The translations under genes were made by a program, and so were the position numbers. The notes beneath the pieces were generated by a model. That model worked only from the letters and a program-made list of their open reading frames with translations, was not told where the DNA came from and searched no databases. From Piromyces finnis finn (lineage: Eukaryota > Fungi > Neocallimastigomycota), in the NCBI GenBank assembly GCA_002104945.1, contig MCFH01000001.1:930001-994000 (forward strand): a stretch of 64,000 nucleotides of DNA. Reading direction: 5' to 3'. The stretch's first letter is position 1. Each line of letters opens with the position of its first letter. Shown piece after piece: positions 1 through 14,129 of this stretch.

Positions 1-1005
1 AAGGAAGTTATTGATCAAGAAACCTTCAAATATTTCTGTGAAATTAACTTGAATGGTCTTTTCAACTTCTTTGTTAGTGATTCTAATAAATTAGCATCTT
101 GCTGCCGTGTTGTTAATAATCTTAATGTTCATATGAGTGTTTTTGGTGAAGGTGGTGTTAATATTGGTAGTTTAAGAATTGTCACTATTAATTTAGCTCG
201 TATTGGTAATGCTGTTGCCAAGGAAAAGGGTGATTTAGATAGTTTCTATGAAAAATTAAATGTCCAATTAGATAAGGCTCACCGTATGCTTTTAGCTCAT
301 CGTGAATTTATTAAGATCCAAATTAAACGTGGTGCTTGCCCATACTTTAGTGATGATTTAGGTTTTATGTTTTTAGAAAGATTCTTCCTTACTTTTGGTA
401 TTAATGGTCTTTATGAAGGTTTAATGGAGATGGGTTACAATATGTTAGAAGATGATGGTTTAGAACTTTCACGTCAAATTTTAAATTACATTACTGAATA
501 TGCTAACTCAAAGTGTGACTTAAAGGAAAAAATCTTATTCAATGTTGAACAAGTTCCAGGTGAATCTCTTGCCATTAAACATGCTCTTAAGGATAAAATT
601 GTTTGTGGTATGGATTACTCTATTTATGCCAATCAATTCGTTCCACTTTGGTCTGATATTAACTTGGAAAAGCGTATTAAGATTGATGGTGATCTTACAA
701 AATATATGAGTGGTGGTTGTATTACTCACATTAATTTAGTTGATCGTATTGGTAGCGTTCAACAGATGGAACAAGTTGTTCGTTATGCCATTAAGAATCA
801 ATGTGAACATTTTGCTATCAATTACTCATATAACCGTTGTGAAAACGATCATATTACCATTTCTGGTAATACTGATGTATGCCCAATCTGTAGTGGTAAT
901 GTTGTTGATCATATCACTAGAGTTGTCGGTTATTTCACTTCAGTTAGTGCTTGGTCACCAGGAAGACGTGATGAATTCAAAACTAGAAAGTTTACTAAAT
1001 ATTAA
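1..1005 (+). CDS. nrdD: Class III (anaerobic) ribonucleoside-triphosphate reductase, C-terminal part; 5' end lies outside the window; intronless here
   Basis: Frame open from base 1 (KEVIDQETF...) to TAA 1003-1005. Finger-loop SCCR motif, NVEQVPGES motif, C-terminal metal site CENDH...CPIC and glycyl-radical motif RVVGYF. Confidence 0.95.
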   Translation, partial: KEVIDQETFKYFCEINLNGLFNFFVSDSNKLASCCRVVNNLNVHMSVFGEGGVNIGSLRIVTINLARIGNAVAKEKGDLDSFYEKLNVQLDKAHRMLLAHREFIKIQIKRGACPYFSDDLGFMFLERFFLTFGINGLYEGLMEMGYNMLEDDGLELSRQILNYITEYANSKCDLKEKILFNVEQVPGESLAIKHALKDKIVCGMDYSIYANQFVPLWSDINLEKRIKIDGDLTKYMSGGCITHINLVDRIGSVQQMEQVVRYAIKNQCEHFAINYSYNRCENDHITISGNTDVCPICSGNVVDHITRVVGYFTSVSAWSPGRRDEFKTRKFTKY

Positions 1006-1789
1006 ATTTAATAATTTTTTATTATAATAACAAATATATATCTAATTTATATACCGTCATTTTAGTAGAGTGAACAAATTATATATTTTATAATTATCAT
1101 ACATTTACAATAATTTAATTTTTAAAATAATCTTATTTATTTTTAATATACCATATGTTTGTAAAAAAAAGCATAACTACTTTATTTAATCATCATCGTT
1201 TTCAGAATAATTTTGTAATTTTAAAATATTTTTGTTTTTAGTATTTATCATTAATTAATTAATAAATAAATTCATCGTATTTAAAAAAATATAAATTTTA
1301 AAAGAACCGAAAAAAGTGTTCGTTTTTGGTGTGCTTTTAATAACAGTTTTGGAATTACAAATTTGTGAATTGAATGATTGAGTTTTTCATTTATCAATTT
1401 GTGTATTAGAGACGACTTTCCACCTTAATTTTTTTTACCCCATCAAATAAATTTATATGATTTTTTATTAAATAATTAAAATAAAAAATTATTTGATAAT
1501 AATTTATTTCTATATCTCTGATATAAAATATATATTAATTGAATGCTTTCATTTAAATAAACAAAATAATAAAGATTCTATTATATTTATTATATTTTAT
1601 GTACTTGTAATAATACTAAAAAATATATTTTGACAGTATATGAAAATTAATGAATTAAATCAATCAATAAATAATTATTTTAATAGAAATCTTAAAGTTG
1701 TATAATAGATTGATAAGCTTATCATAAAATATTCAATTTCAATTTATAATATAAACAATGATTTAATTATTTTTTAATTTTAAAGAAGA

Positions 1790-1824
<35 letters not shown>

Positions 1825-2153
1825 AAATTACGAGTATTGACGTATATATACCAGGAAGACATATTATATTATTTTTCAAAAAAGTAAAAAGCAAAAAGTT
1901 AAAAAAAAAAGTATATAAAGTAATTTATTTTTAGGATTAATTTTTATAATTTTATTGATAATTTAAAATTTATTTTTATAAATAAGAATTAATTTAATTA
2001 GTAATATTTAATAGAAGAAAATATAATGTGTTGTATAATTCATTTTTAATGATACAATCTATATTAATATTATAAAAACTCCCCCCTCAATCCATATTAA
2101 CATTTTCAATATATTATCTATTTGAATATAAAATAGGTTACATTATATAAAAA

Positions 2154-5100
2154 ATGGATTTTATAGTAACCCCAAGAGTACCTGATATTATCATGAATAA
2201 AGGTAGAGGTGTCTATAAAGGTACACTCTATCTTATGACTCATCATTTATTGTTTAATTCGGATAATTCAAATGAACAAGAACTTTGGGTATATTAAATA
2301 ATTTTTATATAATTATTCTAATATATATTTATCAATGGATATTAATATTATAATATTTTATTTTATTATTTATTTATTAATTTTTTTTTTTTTAATTTCA
2401 AAATTTGAAATTTAAATTTTAATTTTTATTATGTATATGAATTTTATTGATATGGATAACAAATATTTTATATTATTCTCCAGATTGCTTATTCAACAAT
2501 TCAAAGCGTTGATTTAAAAACTTATGTTAACAATGAAGATTCAAAATACGAAGTTCACATTTCTTGTAAAAATTTCTTGTATATTCAATTTACCATTTTT
2601 TCTGAAAAGATTGCTTATGATATTTTTGAATCTTTAAAAAAGTTAATTAATATTAGTAGGTTTATTTAATTTGTTAAATAATAAAATGTAACATTTTATA
2701 ATTTATTTTTATGAATAGTCATTTTAATTTTTATAATATGGATATAAATTATGAAATGATTCATTTTATTAGCTTTAGTCGAATCACATTATGCATTCTT
2801 TTATAAACCGGTTAAAGATTTTACTTGTACAAATGGTTGGTGTCTTTACGATCCAATTAAAGAATATAAACGTTTGGGTGTTGGTGAACCAGAAAATGAG
2901 TGGAGAATTACAGCTGTGAATAAAAATTATACTGTAAGCATTTTATTTTATTTTATTTTAATTTTTTTTTTTTTTTCTATTACATCAATAATATCAAATT
3001 ACCTTTTTTTTTTTTTTTATGAATAATTTTTTGATTACTATTATAATTATTTGAATTTATTTATTTAAATACTATTCTATTATAAAATCAATATAATTAG
3101 TTTTCGAAAACATATCCACAGAAATTATTTGTACCAGCAAGCATTACTGATAATGTTTTAAATTATGCTGTTAAATTTAGAAGTAAAGGAAGAATTCCAG
3201 TTCTTAGTTATATTCATAAAAAAAATGGAGTAAGTACTATATAACTAATTAAATTTTTTATTTTTATTTTTTTTTTTTATTTTTATTTTTATTTTTATTT
3301 TTTTTTAAAATAAGGATAATAGAAATTAATAATTTAACTATTTTTTTTAAAGATGTCAATTACAAGATCAAGTCAACCTATGGTTGGTATTAAACAAAAT
3401 AGATCTATGCAAGATGAAAAATTAGTTGAAGAAATATTTGCAACATCAAGTAAAAATAAATCACCAAATTTTAAAAATCTCATTGTTGATGCTAGATCTT
3501 CTACTAATGCTATGGCTAATATTGCAATGGGGGCAGGTTATGAAAATATTGAACATTATAAAGGTTCAAGGTTGGAATATTTAAAAATCGAAAATATTCA
3601 TGTAGTACGAGATAGTTTAAATAAATTAATTGAAGGTAAGAATGTGGATAAGAGTGTATAAAAAAAGAATAATTTATATCAAAAAAAAAAAAAAAAAAGT
3701 ATTTAAATATTATAAATAAAATTAGACTTTTTTTTTTTTATTATTTCTTTTGAATATATATAGATTAAATTATAAATTTATATTTTTATTAAATATTTTA
3801 ACTATATTATAGTATCAAGAAACTCAAATAGTGGATTTATAACGAAAAGTGATATTGAAAAAACTGGATGGTTAAAACATATTCATACATTGTTAGAAGG
3901 CTCATTATTAATTATAAAAACAATAGATTTATATAATTCTCATGCTTTAGTACATTGTTCTGATGGATGGGATAGAACAGCTCAATTAGTTGCTATAGCA
4001 GAAGTATGTTTAGACCCATACTATCGTACCATTGAAGGTTTTGAAGTACTAGTAGAAAAGGAATGGATATCTTTTGGTCATAAATTTAGTCATCGTTGTG
4101 GTCTCTTAGCTAAAGATTCTGCTAATTTAAATGAAGTATTGACTTCAACTGCTTCTAAAATATTTAATACCAATGGTAGTAAAGATTCCTCTACTTCAAA
4201 TACTATTTCATCCACTATTAATGCAGTATCTAGTTTTACTTCTGCGGCTTCCAAGTTTTTGAAGATGGGTGCTGCCAATATTACCAATCAAAAAGATCAA
4301 ACTTCTCAAGTATCATCTGTAGATTCAGTTTCCAAAAAGAATACTCTACCAAGAGAAACATCACCGATCTTTACTCAATTTTTAGATTGTATTTATCAAC
4401 TTTGGATTCAAAACCCCACACAATTCGAATTTAATGATGATTTCTTGGTTCAATTAAATACCCATGTTTATTCTTCTCAATTTGGTACATTCCTTTTTAA
4501 TTCTGAATATGAACGTCGTGTCTTTAGACATGATGGAAAAGATTTATCCCAGTGTACCTATAGTGTATGGGATTGGTTTAATAGTAATAAGGAAGATTAT
4601 ATCAATCCATTATACATACCACCTACTGATGATTCTCCCGATATTATGAAAGAATCACAGGAAACTATGACTCAATTTGAAGATTTAATATGTAGTGAAA
4701 GTGTTCACTCCTTACCATCCGAGAACCAAACTCACTTTAAAGTTATTTATCCTAAGACAAGTGAACGTGTTATAAAATATTGGTCAAAACTATATAATCG
4801 TACAGATGATGAAATGAATGGTCTTGAACAAACCCACGGATCCTACAATAATATTGTTAATGATCATAGTCAGAGACAAGAATCTCTGACAGATCAAAAA
4901 TCAGAAAATAATCATAGTCTTAGTCATAAAAGCTCATCAACAAGTATTACCAGTATCACTAATACACCTTTAGATTATAGTTCATTAGCTGCAACAATTA
5001 CGGATACCATAACTGCTAATGCACATCTATCTAATAGTAGTACCATCACTGATAATTATCCTTATTCTCTACAACGTCAATCAAGTGTTCATAGTCACAG

Positions 5101-5509
5101 ATCCAGCAGTCAAGATAGCCTTTTAAATTTACTAAATAATGATAGCAGTAGTAATAAGGGTAAAAAAGGAAATGGAAATGAAAATAATAATAATAAGTCG
5201 GAGGAATTAGACATTCTTTACGGTTCACCATTCCAATATTTAAAGTCTCAAAATAAACTATCGAATTCTAATATTTCAAATCTTTCTTTGGGTGAATCAT
5301 CTCTACCACCAATTACAGGTCATACCAATACCAATACCGATATAAATAAAAATACCAATATTACTACTGAGAATAATAATAAATCTTCCATAAAGCCTCC
5401 TGAATATTATACTCAACCTGATTATGCTCAAATTAAAAATAATACATCTATATCCTCAATTCCTCAAATGGCGACAACAGAATCTACTTTTATTCATCCA
5501 TTAGAATAA
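2154..5509 (+). CDS. YMR1: Myotubularin-family phosphoinositide 3-phosphatase (multi-exon)
   Basis: Exons read by eye from ATG 2154 (MDFIVTPRV...), GWCLYDPIKEY, YPQKLFVP, RSKGRIPVLSY, IVDARSSTNA, catalytic HCSDGWDRT (3953-3979), EKEWISFGHKF, PIFTQFLDCIYQL; long S/N-rich tail. Confidence 0.93.
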
Positions 5510-5966
5510 TTTTAGAATGTACAGATATATTAATTATTAAAATAGAAATATGTTAGAATGAATAATAAAATAAATAAATAAATCAAACACCTTAAAAAAA
5601 AAAATAATTTATAATAAAAATACTTTTGTTATAAATAATAATAATAAATTTATTTATATTTTAATATTTTAAAATATAAATGTACTGTAAAAAAAAAAAA
5701 ACAAAAAAAAACAAAAACAAAAACAAAAAAAAAAAACAAAAAAAATAAATAAAAAAATAATTATTATAAAAACTGAAAAATATATAAATGAGGAGGCATG
5801 AATCATGTATATATATATATTTAAATAGGTATTCTTAACAACGTTTATGATTATTATAAAAACTTTAGTTTTTTTTTTTTTTATTAGTTTTACTATATAT
5901 TTATTTTTTATTTTTATTTATTTATTTTTCTATAAATTATTATTACATAATTTAATACATTCATAA

Positions 5967-5990
<24 letters not shown>

Positions 5991-5997
<7 letters not shown>

Positions 5998-6459
5998 ACT
6001 TGTGAAGTTGTGATAAATAAATTATCTTGTTTCTTAAACCATTTTTCTATGAGAAGTAAATCATTGTATGCGATAGTTTTTGAAATAAAGGGTGAAAAGG
6101 CAGCGTAAAGTTCAAAATCATCTTTTATCCATAAAACAGAAAGTTCATTTTTTCCTAATATATAACAAAATTTAAGATTTTTTTTATAACTATGGATTTT
6201 TGAATCTAAATATTTATAACTTCTTAAAAGTCTATTGAATTTATTTATTTATTTTAAAGATATTAAAAACATGTTAAAAAAAAAATATTTAATAAAATTT
6301 TATTTATATAAAGTATATGTCTTTTTTCTTTTTTTTTTTTAAATATACCTTCTGTATGAGGGAGGATCATCATATGGTGATAATCTTTTTGTTTCTACGA
6401 ATTGTAAATGTTTATTTGATTTGTAGAGAACATGTCGTAAATGCGGTATACCAAAATCA

Positions 6460-6494
<35 letters not shown>

Positions 6495-7567
6495 TTAATA
6501 ATTGTATTAATTAATTTATTCGAATTCATATTTAAAAAAATTATTAAAAATATATTACTTACATATATCTAATTCGGTTTTATTTTTTTGATTTGAAATA
6601 CTTTTAAATATACTAGATTTATTAAAGATCTGATATTATCATAAAAAATTATTAATATTTCAAAAAAAAAAAAAAAAAAAAATTTTATAATATATAATAT
6701 ATTAATATTTACTTTTTCAATTTTCTTTTTACAATTGGATAAATAATAAAATGCATTTTTATCTGGTGATAAAAGAGTTAAACATATATCTGTTTTAGTA
6801 ATTTTCATATTCGAATTGGAGGAGGAGGGTGATGTGGGTGATACAGGTGAAGTTATTTCTGACTCTGATTGAGATTGAGATTCTATGTTATCAAGGTAAC
6901 TTACATAGGCATATAAAAATCCTCTACTATTATATTTCGGGAGACATATTGGTGACCATGATTCTACAGAACGAAACGACGTTGAATTAATCATATTAAG
7001 AATAAGGTGGATATCTGTTTTTTTTTTTTTTAAGCCATATTATTAATTATTAATTATTAATTATTTTATAATAATAATTTCTTTTTTATTATTTTTGAAA
7101 ATAGAATTATTTTACCTAGTGGATGTACACTTTGTTTTTTAGGCCTTATTATATTTATTATTTTATCATTGTATGTTAATATTCCATATAAAATATTCTA
7201 TATTATATTAATTTAAAGAATAAAGAAATATATTTTTTTTTTTTGTTAATCGAGAGTTATTTATTATTACTAGTAAATTAAATCACTTATTTATTCGAAA
7301 ACTTTAGAAACCTTTGGACGATAGTTATTCATTATTTCTCCAATAGTATTTCTTAAATCATTCTTTAATCTTAAACACCTTATTGATTTTAACATAAAAC
7401 TAGCATCTACACTAAATTTTCGAGAAAGTTCATCCATGTATATTTCTGTTCCTGATAACAAATTTCTTAAATCAAAATTTACTCGGTCTTGAAATATTTT
7501 TGTAAGTTGTACCGAAGTTAAACTAAATAATATTTGATTGTATAAATAAAGTAATTGAAGTCTTAAC

Positions 7568-7601
<34 letters not shown>

Positions 7602-8886
7602 AAATTAGTAATATTAATTAATTTAAAAGACATTTTTTTTTAGACTTAATATTATATATATATATATATTTGATTATTTATAAATCCATAAATAATTACA
7701 TGCTCTTCACTTTCATTAGTTTGAGATACACATACTAGATATAATGGATTTCTTAACAAGAATACTATTTTATGTGTTGATGTATTAATACAACTAAATG
7801 AATGATATATATATATATAATATATTTAGTAAATTTAAAATTTATAATCCCGATATGCTTAAACTTATTGAAATATATTACTATAATTTTTTTATTATTA
7901 TTCACCTAATCTCATCATTATCTGTACTATAATATGATATTATAGCTTGTATGACACCCATTAAAGATGATAATTTTGATTCATCTCCATATCTTCAAAA
8001 TTATATAATATAATAAATAAAATTTAAATTTGATTAATAAAATTGGATATACATTTAAATAATATTATAATATACTAGTATAATTATTATACCTTGTATA
8101 TATAGGTTTTCCTGCACTACTTAATATAAAAAAATGCTTTTTATGCTTTACCCAATTTGATGAAGATAAATCTTATAATAGATAGGTTAAACAGTCAATA
8201 CAATTAATGAAAAACTTATATATTTTTAATAATATTTATTTGCATGTACCTTCATTTCCATATTTTTTTCTAAAGTTGTACGATGACATGTTATCTTCAT
8301 CATAATCATATATACTAGAATTATATATTTTTAATAAATCATTATCGGAATCAAGTTCACTATTTTCGATTTCTATATCTTTTTTTTTGTGTATTAATAA
8401 TAAAATTTTTATTTTAAAATAAGTTTTTATTTTGAATTTGGCAATTAGTAGTTTAAATAAAAATTATAAAGTATAGAAATGAGTATTTATTATAATTTAA
8501 CTTTAAAATTTTCCATATTTTAAACATTATTTTTAATTATTTAGTAACAATCACATACCAGAGCTAATTAAATTATCAAGACTAAAATTTTCAAAAAGTT
8601 TTGAACTTTGGAGATTTTTAGAACTAGAACGACTTATTGTGGATTTATTCATGAGACGTTCATTAATACCTCTAATATCTGAAATAGTATCGGAATTTGA
8701 ACGTTGTATTGTTGATGTTGAAGAAGAATTAACAATGGCATTAGTTATAGTAGTTGTAGTAATAGATAATGTAGGATTGGGGTTATTAACATTTAATAAT
8801 AATACATTGGATAAACCAGAATTTGAAGAAATTGATTCATTATCTTTTTCTTTTCTTTTCAAATTATCTTTTAGTAAACCTGACAT
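5991..8886 (-). CDS. MON1: Vacuolar fusion protein Mon1/SAND (multi-exon)
   Basis: [35 protein letters not shown]-type exon near 8100-8140, C-terminal [14 protein letters not shown]...VF* ending at TAA 5991-5993. Confidence 0.88.
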
Positions 8887-9045
8887 TTTATTTTTATTAT
8901 TTTCACTTTTTAAATTATATTATATATTTATATTTATTATTTTTTTTTTTTTTTTTCCTTTTTCTTTTTTTAATGGTTGATTTATATTTTAAATTTTTAT
9001 TTATAAGCTTGTTTTGAAGGTTAACTATATTTTCTTTCTTTATTA

Positions 9046-9088
<43 letters not shown>

Positions 9089-10019
9089 TTTTTTCGACTT
9101 ACAATTTATTATTTAAATAAAATATTATTATTTAAATTGTCATTATTTTATATTACTGTTTTAAGTTGTAATTTAAATGCTTATTATAAAAAGTTTTTTT
9201 TTTTGTAACTTAACACAAAGAATTGTGAAATGTTCAAATCATTTATTCATTAAATAAATACATTAATATATATATTATTTATTTATAGTTTTTTCTTTCT
9301 TTATTTCTATAATATGAATATTGAATATATGAAATATTCTTGTTTTATTTTATCTCTGATAAAATATAACGAAAATATTAGAATGGAAAATTGAATTGAG
9401 AAAAAACAAGAAGGTATGGAAAAGAAACAATAAAATAAAATAGCTATTTAGAAATATTTTATTTAATTTTAATATTATTTAAACTTTAATACAAATTTTT
9501 GATTTAACTAAATCTTAAATATAAAAATAATTTATGTTAATTAAAAGAGAAAATTAATGGAATAATTTGATATAAAATATATAAAATATTAAAAAAATTA
9601 TATGATATTTATAATTAATAATTATAAACATTATTAAATATTAAGAAACTGTTGGAATGGAAGTTAATATTATATTAATTTTTATTTCAATGAAATAAAA
9701 AGGGTATTTATTTAATAGTTGATTATTTTATATTAATAATAATGATAATAATATAATAATAGTTTTTACAATGCATTGGTTATATTGTTATTTTGGTGAA
9801 AATATTCATATAAATATATTATAGATTTGAAAATATTGTTATAGTTACATATATATATAATTATAATTATGATATTCATGGGGAAAAAAGAACGTATTGA
9901 TTTTAATAAAACTTTTTATGTGTGGTATTAATATTTATATTTAATGCAATATGACTGTATAGTTTATGGAATTATGTTCCCAATTTTCAAGTTTGATTAT
10001 AATATCAATTAGTAGCTGC

Positions 10020-11289
10020 TCAATTTTTAATTTCATTCCTTATCCATGAAGAATAGCTTGCAATGAAATCCTCTTGTTTTCTTGTTTCTATTGCATGAGG
10101 ACTTCTTTGGGCTCTCACAATTTTTATTGCGTCAGATGGTCGTTTCGTGTAACCATATTTTAGTAAATAACAACAAGCAATTAAACCTGCTCTTCCAATT
10201 CCACCTCTACAATGACATAACATGTTTTTTCCTTCTTTTGCAGTTGCAACCATTTTATCCATTAATCTATCAACCTCTACAATTGATTCCGGGGAACTAC
10301 CTTCAATAATAGGAAGTCTGTATCATAAAATATCAAATTTAATGCCTTAATACTTTTATTAATTTTATTTGTTTAAAATTCTATATATATTACCTAAGAA
10401 TCTCTAATCCATAGCGTTTTGCTTTTTCAGAATATAATTTCCATGGTGCTCCCAAGTAAGATAATTCTGCATCATTCAAGCAACTAATATTTTATTATAG
10501 ATATTAAAAAAATTAAATAAAACTTATATAATAAATATTATAACATATAAAAAACATAATGACTAGATTAAATATTTTAAATTACCATACTATGGTAGAT
10601 ATATTAAAACTTTTTAATCTTTTTGTAATAGAATTTACAAAATTATATTAAAATTTATATTATTTTTTATAATAATAATAAAATTATTATATAGTTGTTA
10701 CCTTTTAAAATCCAAGTCTAAATCTCGACTTATTGCTGCTCTTCCATTAAGAGGTCCTGAATGAAGCCGAACTTTTTTGCCAGGACATGAGCTTAAGGCT
10801 AATCTTCCAATACCATAATTATTTATTTTTTCTTTTATTTTCAATTATAAATTTATTAATATTAATAACAAATGATTGCTTATATAATATGTCATATATT
10901 ATATATATCACCCTAAATGTAATTTAATGATATTATAGCTTTTATATACCTATTTTACAATTTGATGCCATCACTAAATCTTCTAAAGGTGTAATCCATG
11001 ATATATTAAGCGGATGCGTTATTGATGTTCGAACAGCAAAAGTCGGACTAGTTTGTTTAGGTGTTCGAAAAGCAAAAGTTGGACTAATTTGCTTTGGAAC
11101 AAGCGTATTTCTTTTATATATTTTCTTTGGTGACAGTTTCACAAATGTATTTGATGAGTATAATTTTGTTGGGCTTTTACATTTTTCAGTCAGTGATTGT
11201 TTAGTAATTGGTGGTAATGTTAGTATTGGAAGCATTTCATTATTTTTTTTTATTTGTAACTCAGATTTTGTACTTCTTATATATGCCAT
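10020..11289 (-). CDS. CDKN3-like dual-specificity/protein tyrosine phosphatase (multi-exon)
   Basis: P-loop LCHCRGGIGRAG (CX5R); upstream exons GRLALSSCPGKKVR and LPIIEG; likely ATG at 11289 (MAYIRSTK). Confidence 0.85.
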
Positions 11290-12889
11290 ATTTTTATTAA
11301 TTATTCTTATTAAGATTTTTGAATGCTTATTAATGTGTAGAATCAAATAAATAAAAAAAAAAATATATTGCTTTTAAAATAATAGATATATTAATTTTTT
11401 TTAAAAAAAAATTTAAATGACTCGATTTTTGTCAAATATTAATTTATTTAGTGATATATATATAAATATATGATATCCACTTTCTTGTAATTATACTATT
11501 TATTGCAATCAATGTGATAGCAAATATTTCATAATTTGCTTTAATTATTTTCCTATAAAAGAATATTTTTATATAGAAATATATTAAAATTTCCTGAAAC
11601 TGAAACTTTTTTTTTATTAATAATGAGGATTAGTATTAAATGCTATAAATTATCATTTTTAAATATATTATTATGCTTTATTTGATCGTTTTTATATTAA
11701 TATTTATAGATAATTCAATGAAAAAGTAACTTTATAAAAAAGGAATTAGAATAAAATAAATTAATGAAATAACCGGTATAAAGAATGTTTTTTTTTTTTT
11801 TTTTTATAACAGGAAAAATAATATAATTTTAATTTTTATATGAATATTTAAAAATTATTTTAATTAATTTTAATAAATATTTAAATTTTAATTATATTAA
11901 TAATAAAAATGAAAATATTTGTAATGCATATTAAATTAATTATTATTTATATTTTATTATTATGGATAGTTATTTGAATTATAAAAAAAGAGTCACATTA
12001 ATATGTTTTTTTATTTTTCTATTTTGGTTTTTTTTTTTTTTTTTTTTTTTTGTATATACAAAATTATAAAAAAAAAATATAGAATTTTTAATATAATTAT
12101 GAATATTATACAATAAATTAATTCTAAATAAAAATCTTCATTTTATAGGAATAGTGAAAATATTTTTAAATAAATTTATTATATATTAGGAATATTTTAT
12201 AAATTTTTATTGATATTTTAAAAATTAAAATTTTAATTAATATATTTATTTTTAGCCAATAAAATGTGAAATTTAACCAAAAAAATTTGGTTTGATAGTA
12301 ATTTAAAAATATTTTAAATTAACTGTTGACATATCGTTTTATTATAAAATAATAATAATTATCTAATTATCATTATAACAACAACTACTATTATTTATTA
12401 TTTGATGATGCGAATACTTTGAAAAATATATACAGTATATTATTAATCGTTAGAATTTTTATATTTAAATGTAATCTTAAAGACAAAAGATTTACATAAA
12501 AGGAGGAAATATTAAGAATGTATTAATTCAATGTTATCTTTACTATACTAAATATAATTATAAATGATTTTCTTTTTGTCATTAAAACTGAGAATACATT
12601 TTATTTATTACTCATTCAAAAAAAAAAAAATGGTTGGTACATCCTTTAAAAATAATATACTTGCTAAAATATAAGTTAAAAATTATTTTAAAAATAGGAA
12701 AAAAAAAATAATCATCCAGACTTGACAACTAATTTCTAGGTGTATTCTAATAATTATAAAGTTTAAATAACACTTTCTAGTAAACTTTTTTTATTTTTAG
12801 ATAAGTAAAGTAATTAAAATTTTTATATTCAAATGTAGTCCTCTATTTACATTTATATAATAATATATACAAATATTTTTATTTACAAA

Positions 12890-13636
12890 TTATTCAATTT
12901 CAATTTCATTTTTTTCTTTTGCAACTATTACATTATCAAAAACCTCTTTAGCTTCTTTATAATAATTGTTTAATTCTTCTTCAGGCCAAAAATGTGTCAA
13001 TACTAATTTTTTAACATTTGCTTCTTTTGCAATTGTAGCTGCTTGTTTTGCTGTTAAATGATTACAAATTTCAGGAAAACCGTGTGATACCAATAAACTA
13101 GCTTCACTAATTAATACATCAGCTTTATTTGAAAATTGTACAATCTTATCTTTTGAAGAATATGAAGTATCTGATGTATATATTATAGTTTGAACACCAT
13201 CCGTTATTTTAATTGAATATGTTTCAACAGGGTGCTCATTTTTTGAAAATGTTATTTTAATATTATTTATAAAAATTTCTTTATTTTCCGCTATAACTTC
13301 ATATTTTGCATATGAATCTTTTTCACTCAAAATATCCTCATAAGTTAATTTTGGTGTTTCTGGTAAATATACATTTATTCGTTTTTCTAAACGACCTTGT
13401 TTATTAAATACAAATGAAGCATATAATAAATTAAATAGATCATTATAATGGTCACGGTGAAGATGACTAATAATAATATTTAAATCTTTTAAATCATTTG
13501 GAAAATTTAATAAACTGTTAATTCCACTTCCACAATCTAATATAATTTTAGTATCACCAGATGTAATCATATAACCTGGACAATTATGTCCTTCTGTACT
13601 ATATGGTGATTGTGTCCCTAAAATTTTTATTTTCAT
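12890..13636 (-). CDS. MBL-fold metallo-hydrolase, RNase Z/BN (YhfI/ElaC)-like; intronless, bacterial-like
   Basis: 248 aa; ILDCGSG, SHLHRDH (HxHxDH), HPVET, YTSDT, EAS, HLT, LVLTHFWP motifs. Confidence 0.9.
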   Translation of the reverse strand: MKIKILGTQSPYSTEGHNCPGYMITSGDTKIILDCGSGINSLLNFPNDLKDLNIIISHLHRDHYNDLFNLLYASFVFNKQGRLEKRINVYLPETPKLTYEDILSEKDSYAKYEVIAENKEIFINNIKITFSKNEHPVETYSIKITDGVQTIIYTSDTSYSSKDKIVQFSNKADVLISEASLLVSHGFPEICNHLTAKQAATIAKEANVKKLVLTHFWPEEELNNYYKEAKEVFDNVIVAKEKNEIEIE

Positions 13637-14129
13637 TATTTATTCTTTAAGATGGTTTATAGGTTACACACCAAAATATATAATAATTATTTTAAATAGT
13701 ATTAATCGTAGGTTAGATTTTTATAAAAAGCAATCATGCTTATTAAATATATTTAAGTATTTTTAAATAGACTTTTATATTATTATATTTAGAAAATATG
13801 AATAATATATTTAAATAATATATTATTTATATTTATTGATATATTTAAATCAATTAAATAAAATATAAATTAATTTATCCAATCATATAAATTTGATATA
13901 GCCAATTAGAGCTTTAGAAATAGGTTTTGGTTAAAAAATAACATTTTTGAAATCACAAATTTAATCCTTTCTCTTTTAATTGTTGCGTAAATTAACGACT
14001 AAGGTATATAATGTGATTTTAAAATGAATTTTTTATTTAATGAAATATGTTAATGGATGAATACTTGTTTCGAATTAAATATTAATTCATATTTTAAAAT
14101 GTTTAATATTATATTATTAATAGAACAAA

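Noticed and set aside
535-1027. Short ORFs overlapping nrdD
   Set aside because: Alternative-frame or antisense shadows with no recognisable motifs.
1295-1445. Slightly GC-richer intergenic patch with a small gaac/gttc hairpin and aatttgtg Sm-like words
   Set aside because: No coherent snRNA, snoRNA or tRNA fold identifiable by eye; an Infernal search would be needed.
8639-9208. Plus-strand ORFs opposite and upstream of MON1
   Set aside because: Antisense to MON1 exon 1 or derived from (ATT)n and poly-T tracts.
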